A DNA stretch of 64,000 nt from contig JBHGNT010000003.1 of assembly GCA_043228905.1 (NCBI GenBank), positions 24,366,001-24,430,000 on the forward strand, given 5' to 3'. This document shows, piece after piece, positions 56,766 through 64,000 of this stretch; position 1 is the first letter of the stretch; each line of letters starts with the position of its first letter. The notes under the pieces are model-generated. The model was not told where the DNA came from, ran no database searches, and saw only the letters and a program-made list of their open reading frames with translations. The position numbers and the translations under genes were made by a program. Source of the stretch: Azolla caroliniana. Taxonomy: Eukaryota > Plantae > Polypodiophyta.

Positions 56766-58079
56766 AATTGATTATAGTGGCTCTTCCCTTAATTAATTAT
56801 GCATGTCAATCGTATATGATCATTGCTTACGTCATTTTCTTCAAATTGGTTCTATTCATAATGATTGGCCGTGGGAGATTTTTGAAGTTTTTTTAGGAAC
56901 CTCTCGAGTGGAAACTAGCAGCAATGCCATAGTGTATGTGATTATGTTCATTTATATATATTGGCCACACACCCTAAAGCTTTAATAATTGCATGGTGAA
57001 AGTTCTACTTTGACTTATAAATAATAAAGGATCTCCAAAATAGACTACAATTACTAGGTGTCTTTCATATGATTATGATAGGAAGATCTAATATCTAAGA
57101 AATAGTGGTTATCTTGTGGAAGTGGATATTTTCCTCCGTGATCGTTAAATCTAGAATGCTAATTTTCTTCTCTTTCTTTGTCTAGACTTTGCCTTCACGT
57201 ATCATCATCATTACCTAGAGTGCCTCCCCAATCTTCTAGAAGCCTTGTGAATCGTGATAATTCAAAGTACAATGTTGATATTTTCAATGAGTTAAAAAGA
57301 TATAGTTCCATGAGCTACCTTCAAAAAATCAACGTCAAGTGGGATTGTCAAGCTTTTTAAGGTTTTTCCCATTTAGAAAATTATATTTAAATCAGAGATG
57401 ATCGGATACGATGAGCTTACTTAAATGCATTTGATAGACCTTTTTTTCTACACAAGCCCTTGTAAAACAAAATGGAAATATTGGAAATGTTAAAGTGTGA
57501 CTTGTTCCACCATTAAAACTAACCAACTCAATCAATGTTGTTGGAGTGATGTTGGTAGGTGAAATGAAATATGACAATAACAAAGAAACATGACATTGCA
57601 AGTTGGGTAGCCAAAAGAACGATGATAAGTAGAATCAGACACTCCGTGAAGTACATTCTGTGAAGGATTGTGTGTGGTAAGTATGAATACATACATCTTG
57701 AAATAAAGAACTCGAGAAATATCTAGACATTTTGTTTTTTTATCTTAGTGTCCAAAACATGGGAAACCTTTTTTAGTGTGATGTTTGAGCCTTATTCTCA
57801 CCATACTCGCTATATTAAGTGTTGTCACGAAATAAGAAACGATGTACCACACGGTGCTAGGCAAGTAACATCTCATGTTGTAGGGTGATGAAACACACAA
57901 TGCCTTGTTTAAGTGATTATCTGAAATGTTGACCTTAATACTAGCCCGAAAGATTTCGTGAATGTTTCGATATACATGAGGGAGACAATTACGTAATTCA
58001 AATAAGGAGGACTATTAAAAAGTCATAGACCTTGAAAAATTATTGACATTGATGGGAACCTCCACTTAGGGAATTTTAT

Positions 58080-58088
58080 TATATAAAG
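58080..58088 (+). promoter_or_regulatory. Candidate TATA box for the spherulin-4-like gene
   Basis: TATATAAAG lies ~110-125 nt upstream of the two candidate ATGs (58198, 58213). Confidence 0.45.
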
Positions 58089-58197
58089 TAGACATTGGCC
58101 CACTTGGAAGACAACTTATTATACACATGCACTACTCCATTATCATCAATTCTATCACGACTCTCAAAGAGCCCATTTTCTTCATTTTGCTCCAAGG

Positions 58198-59016
58198 ATG
58201 TCTTTCAACACAATGAATCTAGTCTTAGTGGCTCTAACTCTCCTAGTGGCTCCGGGTGTCCATGCGGCATCCACAAATGTGAACATCTTGGTGCCAGCGT
58301 ATTTCGATCCCACGACAAGCGCATCGGCATGGTCCGCACTGAACTCCGCGGCCACGAAGCTTCCCAATCGAGTTGTGGCGATAGCAAACCCCGCTAGTGG
58401 CCCTGGAACTGTGGCCCAGACAAGCTACACCAATGCCATCACTTCATTACAAAGCAACCAAGGCCGCGTCGTGGGCTATGTGGATACAAGCTATGCCACC
58501 CGCTCCCTTGCCATTGTCAAGGCCGACATCGACTCTTGGTTCTCCTTCTACCCCTCCATTAACGGCATCTTCTTCGACCAAGTGTCCAATACTAATGACA
58601 ATACCACGATAGTCTACTACCAAACACTCTACAATTATGTCAAATCCAAACGCACCTCTAGCCTCCTTGTAGTTCACAATCCCGGCACAGCGACACTCGA
58701 GTCATACCTCGTGTATAACAGTGCCCGGGTTTCCGACATCATATGCACGTTTGAGTCGGGCATCAATGGGTTAGAATGGACACAAGCTTCTTGGACAAGC
58801 AAATATGATCGGAGCAACTTTTACGGCCTCTTCTACAACGTGTCTGACATCAATGTTGCTAGCTTCGACTACGGGGACATAATTGACCGTGCCTATCAAC
58901 AAAACGCAGGCTGGGTATATGTGACGAATGATAATTTGCCCAATCCGTGGGATACCATTGCATCTTATTTCTCGGGTGAAGTCTCCTACATACAACAACA
59001 AAATTACTTGCCCTAG
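58198..59016 (+). CDS. Secreted spherulin-4 family protein (GH135/Sph3-like glycoside hydrolase fold), intronless, 272 aa
   Basis: Signal peptide MNLVLVALTLLVAPGVHA. Family motifs ILVPAYF.P, IANPASGPG, VVGYVDTSYA.R, INGIFFD, VHNPGT, CTFES and GWVYVTND.LPNPWD match the spherulation-specific family 4 pattern as I recall it. Confidence 0.85.
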   Translation: MSFNTMNLVLVALTLLVAPGVHAASTNVNILVPAYFDPTTSASAWSALNSAATKLPNRVVAIANPASGPGTVAQTSYTNAITSLQSNQGRVVGYVDTSYATRSLAIVKADIDSWFSFYPSINGIFFDQVSNTNDNTTIVYYQTLYNYVKSKRTSSLLVVHNPGTATLESYLVYNSARVSDIICTFESGINGLEWTQASWTSKYDRSNFYGLFYNVSDINVASFDYGDIIDRAYQQNAGWVYVTNDNLPNPWDTIASYFSGEVSYIQQQNYLP

Positions 59017-59149
59017 ATTAAGTTATACTAGGATTGCTCTTTGTTACCTATTTAAAGAGCATCCACTTGGAACTTCTTCTCTCTTCGCAAGACCAAAGTA
59101 AAAGTGCAATAATAATAACCATTTGGATCATTTGTGGGTTTTCTTTATG

Positions 59150-59659
59150 TTTCTAGTGTTTTGCTTCAAGTTTCATTTATTTTTGGGTTAATCATGTTGT
59201 CACAAGTGCTATAGGTACAATTGAGATGTGTTTCTAGTGTTGTGCTTCTAGATTCACTATTTTTTGGGTTAATCATGTTGTCACAAATGCTATAGATACA
59301 ATTGGTCTGTCTCGTTTCAAGAGGATATGTATTTTTGTATAAAATAAAATACGATTGTGCCATCGAAGACAATCCTTTGTATCTCCTCTATTTAATTTGC
59401 ATTGTTTGTACACCATTTTGGGTCCCTTTCGGTGCCATTTCCATTACATACACTCATAATTTTTGGGTTAATCATGTTGTCACAAATGTTATAGATACAA
59501 TTGGTCTGTCTCGTTTCAAGAGGATATGTATTTTTGTATAAAATAAAATACGATTGTGCCATCGAAGACAATCCTTTGTATCTCCTCTATTTAATTTGCA
59601 TTGTTTGTACACCATTTTGGGTCCCTTTCGGTGCCATTTCCATTACATACACTCATAAT
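59150..59659. repeat. Nested tandem duplications downstream of the spherulin gene (~80-bp unit x2, then a near-perfect 199-bp unit x2)
   Basis: ORF-track peptides at 59302 and 59501 are identical over 53 aa (199-nt offset). tttgggttaatcatgttgtcacaa occurs three times. Confidence 0.92.
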
Positions 59660-60979
59660 AGGTCTCCACATATGTCTACAAAGATCTAGTTCCTGTCACA
59701 TAATTGGGTTCTTTGCCCAAGTTATTATATAGAGCTAGTAGTGCATTCACATAGTTACACGACCTCCAATCACACACATCACATGCCTCGTGGGGATTTC
59801 TATCATTGACCAACTTCTTTAAAGAATCAAACCTAACTTGGTTTGGGGTACCCCTATTCCTCTCACAAAACTCGCATCACCCAACTAATTTTGGGGCCTT
59901 GAGTGTTTTGGAGGTGGCACATGACCCATGGCCACAGAAATAATATATCAAATGGTTCATCATACTACCACATGAACCCAATTTCTTGATAGGAGCCTCA
60001 ACTAACATCGCCAAACCAAGATTCCACTTGTATAACTCGCATTGCCCAACTTATATTTATATTTCACAATAACATTTTGAAAATATGGAGAAACCCTTTT
60101 TAGTTTGTCTTCTTTTTAAATGTCAAAGTTTTTTTAGTGTGATATTTGAGCTATGTAAAAGAAATGTCTCCAAACTCTCACCTTATTTCTAAATGAAATG
60201 TTATTAAAAATAAGAGTCAATTACCACATTGCGCAATGTGCGCTATCTCTTGTTTCCACGATAACACATAGTGCCTCTTTTGTTGTCTATCTAATGTCTT
60301 GTTTTTATTTGCTATCTAATATGTTGACATGTTAAGTGTAGTCAGAACGCGCGCTACATCCGTAAACTCAAAAGATATCATCAACTTGGGTGAGTGAATT
60401 TTTCATTATTTATAAGATTATTACATATATAATAAAGTTGATTGTGTGTGTGTGTGTACTATAGGAATATGACAAACTTGTTTCTTTTGCAAAAAATGTT
60501 CTACATTTTGACAAACAAGCGAAAATGTTTGGCCTCGATGTGTTAAGGAACCTAAATATTATGGTAGTCAAAGTATTCCAATAAGATGATTAGAGCCTCA
60601 ATCTGGTTGAAACTCAACTCTATGGCTATAACATGGTGCTAGTTGCAAATGTCATTAGCACACATATTTGTTGTATGGCATTTGTGTATGTCAAGGGAGT
60701 CACATCATGACTTTCAAAATGTCCACGCATAGAAGCTACATTGATCTTATCATCAAATTGTAGAGCAACCAAAGTTGTGTCATAAGTTCTATAGACACAA
60801 ACTACACCATGCTCCCATGATCAAGAGCAACATTGTCATCGTGTTATCATTGTATCCTGCAATTTACATTGTGTCAACACCAAACTACATGGTGCCATGG
60901 AGGATTTTGGCAATTAGGAGAAAGGTCCATCGGATGCATGTGAACGGGGGTGTGCAAGGATGCATAGGAAGGAGGCCTT

Positions 60980-63900
60980 GTGTATAGACATTTGTAAATA
61001 TTGAGTGATAATAAGTACAAAACAAGAGTATTTTAATAGGTACTTTATGATCGCGCAGATAGAGGGTAATAAAGGGGAGTGATGACAGAGAATCATGGGA
61101 AGGATCTCTAACTGAAACGGCTGACTTAATAGCTGATGTAACATTGACCCTACCTCTCCTTGGAGGTATAAAAGGAAGGGAGGGAGGCTTGGTTAGGGAT
61201 CCATCATTTTGGAGGGAGAAGTGTTGCTAGTTTTATGTTGTCGGGGTGTATCTTGTTTTCTACTCGAGGTATTCGGTTAGGTGCTGGTGAGGCCTCTACT
61301 TGCGTAGGAAGCCCGTGTGCTCCCGACCAGTCGGTGTGTTTGTTGAGCTTGACGCATTGTTCCTGGACGACATGCCATTTCTTGTATTCTATCTGTTAAT
61401 TAACTATCGATTTGTTGTATCCGGGTGCTCTTCCTGTGTTCTCTGCTCCTGTTCTCTCTATGTTGTGTCTGGTTCCGCTTCTTGTCTATTGTTTTTGGGG
61501 AGGCGTTGGTTCCCTCCTCCGTTCTGCGCTTACTCCTTGTGTTGAGAACCTCAATGCTCAGTTCTTGGAATCTGGGACAGTACTGGATCAAATACAGGTC
61601 CTACGAGCCCGTGTGCTCCGCAAAGGTCTCCGGCAACTGAGCCGGTTAGAACGCTGCAGGCTTCACAACCGCTCCTTCAAACGGCATAGTCCAAGATCCT
61701 CGTGGTCTTGCCCGATCCGACACATGCACACGGAAATCTGCGACATATTTGGTGAACTTGACGTGAAAAGGGCGTGAAAGGAGTTCTGGATGAGGGGCAG
61801 TGAGCTCGCTGAGGCGATGACGGTGGCCATTGGCTGCCTGCTGAATGCTCGAGAGAGCTCAGTTGGCCTCGACAGGGCCATAGAAAACATAGTCGGCAGG
61901 ACTGGCCAATTTAATGGAAGAGACGTGACAGGCTACTTGGAGGCCTTCATGGCTGAAATGCTGATGAGAAACATTCCGGACGAGAGTCGATTGTCCGTAT
62001 TTTCCTGAGTCGTAACACCGAGCATCCACACCGAAGTGCTCGAGGTACAGGCCAACTGTGGCAATTGATCAGAGTTCGAGGAACGACTACTCGAAAGGTA
62101 CAACTTTGACGACTCGCTCCGGTTGTCGAAAATGGAACTTATGGAGTGGGTTCGAGCTCCTCGAGAAGGGAAGGAATACTTCGACGCTTCTCCAAGAGTT
62201 CTAGAAGCGATTTGCACGACTATCGATGCTAGACCGGATAGTCCTGGACACGAGCAAGGGCTCACGGCTGATTGGGTCGTGGTTAAAAGGGTAAGCAACC
62301 GTTTCGACAAACGGCACGAGTGGAACGAAGATGGGTCAACGTCGACCAACCCGACTACTGGAGGGATAACAAGGGAACTGCCGACTCGATTGGATGGGAC
62401 GAGAAGGCAGCTTGAGTAGGTCCTGGTACCGACCAACATGGTCAAGGGACCGTCCGAGGGTGCGGCTCTAGAAGAGCTGATGAAGATGGTGCGCGATCTT
62501 TAGATCGCTCAAGCTCGAAGGGATGGCAAGGGTCAATCGCGTGACCGACGCCCTCCTAAGGACCTATGATGCATGTGGTGCGACGGTATCAACCACATCC
62601 GAATGGACTGCGCTGACTTCACCGAGGCGATGAGGAACAATGTCGTGTACCTTTGGAATGGTAGGGTAGAGGCGAGCAAAATGTGAAGGCCCCTCGAGAT
62701 GAACACCAGACAAGGAGGCATGAAAAGGTTGATGGAGGAAGTTGTGGTGCGACAAGGAAAGACCATCCATTACTAGGCGTCGGCCAACATCTGGGTAGGA
62801 GGAGAGAATCACACCAGCTCTGGAAATGGCACCAGATTCTGGCCGGTCATACTTGAAGGCTTCTCCGGGAAGAAGCTAAAGAAGGAGGAGGCGAACTGCG
62901 TAGAGAAGAAGATTCAGGAGGTCACCGAATGGAGCGATCCGGTTGAGGAGAAAACCGGCTTCATAGAAGCCGCATGCGAGGACTACGACTAGTGGGCTGG
63001 TAAGGTTGGAGGAGCAGGCCCTTTGGGCAGATATGACACCTGGAGCGGGTTGATGAGAGGCAACAGTGGTTTGATGAACCATAGGGGAAGGAAAAGGGAA
63101 AGTTTCCGAGCTTATGGCTGAGCTCGGAGATTGAGAAGTCAACAGACCTACAAAAGGTTTTAGAGGAGCAAATCCTCGACAACTGAGTGGAACTCTCGTT
63201 GAAGGAAGTCTTGGGCATCGCGAAGAAGGAGTTCCAAGACGCGAGCATCGACCTAGTGAAGAGAAAGCGGCTCTTGACAAAGCCAGAGAACGAGAAATCG
63301 GTTGAGGTAAAGGCAACGCTAATCGACAAAATGGCAGTGGAGGAAGAATTTGCCGAAAGTCATTATATAAAGCCACATTGGGCAACGACGATTACGGAGA
63401 CACCGGTTTGGATCAGAGACATGAAGGAGGCGGTCATAATGATGATCGACCACGAGTCAAAGATCATTAATCTGATGTCGATGGACTTCTATAAGAAGGG
63501 AAAGTGGCCGATCAACACCAAGCACGGATGGAAGATACGCGTTGTGACCCGTGCCATTGAGGAACTACACGGAGAATCCCTGAACGTTCGGGTGAAGGTC
63601 GGTGATGTCGAGATCGACCAACACTTCTTTGTGCAAGAGTCGTCCTCTCACCCGATCATACTCAATGAACCCTACATCACGATGGCCCGTATGGAAACGA
63701 AGGTGCTGGACAACGGTTCAACATATGCCAAGGTGAAGAGCCAAGACGGCTAGTATTCTGTTCAGTTCTTGACGGTTAGGCCGAACCATGAGCGCAATTG
63801 GGACTCTCTGGGTGGGGAAGGCCGAGAGGATTTTTGAAGAGGGCTATCAAGGCGTGGGGCCGCGATAGTCCGGATGACCGATCGAAACCCCACACTTGTA

Positions 63901-64000
63901 CATTAGGTAGGAAGTTTTGGCTCTCCGACAACGGAGGTTGTACAATATCCAGCATTAGTGGCCAAGAAAAATGACAAGTTGAGAGCCGCTTGAAGGCGTG
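60980..64000 (+). mobile_element. Degenerate Ty3/Gypsy LTR retrotransposon: 5' LTR, PBS(Trp), gag and aspartic protease; runs off the window
   Basis: The LTR is ~60980 (start approximate) to CA at 61745, with TATAAAAG at ~61167. The PBS TGGTGAACTTGACGTGA is at 61750-61766. Gag remnant GQFNGRDVTGYLEAF, zinc knuckle CMWCDGINHIRMDC at ~62570-62611, and a protease-like MIDHESKIINLMS...QHFFVQ...PIIL. There are many TGA/TAG stops and a clear rise in GC. Confidence 0.88.

Noticed and set aside
28905-59016. PME, LysM and spherulin-4 as a functional carbohydrate/defence gene cluster
   Set aside because: They are interspersed with unrelated genes (PDX1, PPR) and transposons, and no shared regulatory signal is visible, so proximity alone is insufficient.
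58198-59016. Elevated GC alone as proof of horizontal transfer
   Set aside because: The native PME gene in this window is similarly GC-rich, so composition does not discriminate. A phylogeny is needed.

Overview
AT-rich eukaryotic nuclear DNA from a land plant. The intron-rich genes, PLS-class PPR gene, Copia/Gypsy/LINE debris and overall style suggest a non-seed plant such as a fern (inference). I reconstructed seven protein-coding genes by hand: (1) a 30-exon DNA polymerase delta catalytic subunit (+, 2823-15663) containing a U12-type minor-spliceosome intron; (2) a 10-exon 3-oxoacyl-ACP reductase (-, 17316-22196) with two in-frame start codons; (3) a type-I PMEI-PME pectin methylesterase (-); (4) a small TM-LysM protein whose 9.8 kb first intron holds transposon remains, including a head-to-head Copia pair and a hAT-type MITE; (5) a divergent PDX1 with a short C-terminal tail (-); (6) an intronless PLS-E PPR protein (-); (7) an intronless, secreted spherulin-4/GH135-like glycoside hydrolase (+, 58198-59016). 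The GH135-like gene belongs to a family known from bacteria, fungi and slime moulds, and it is the best candidate here for a horizontally acquired, undescribed plant system. The window ends inside a degenerate Ty3/Gypsy element with a tRNA-Trp primer-binding site. All family assignments come from motif recognition, not from database searches.
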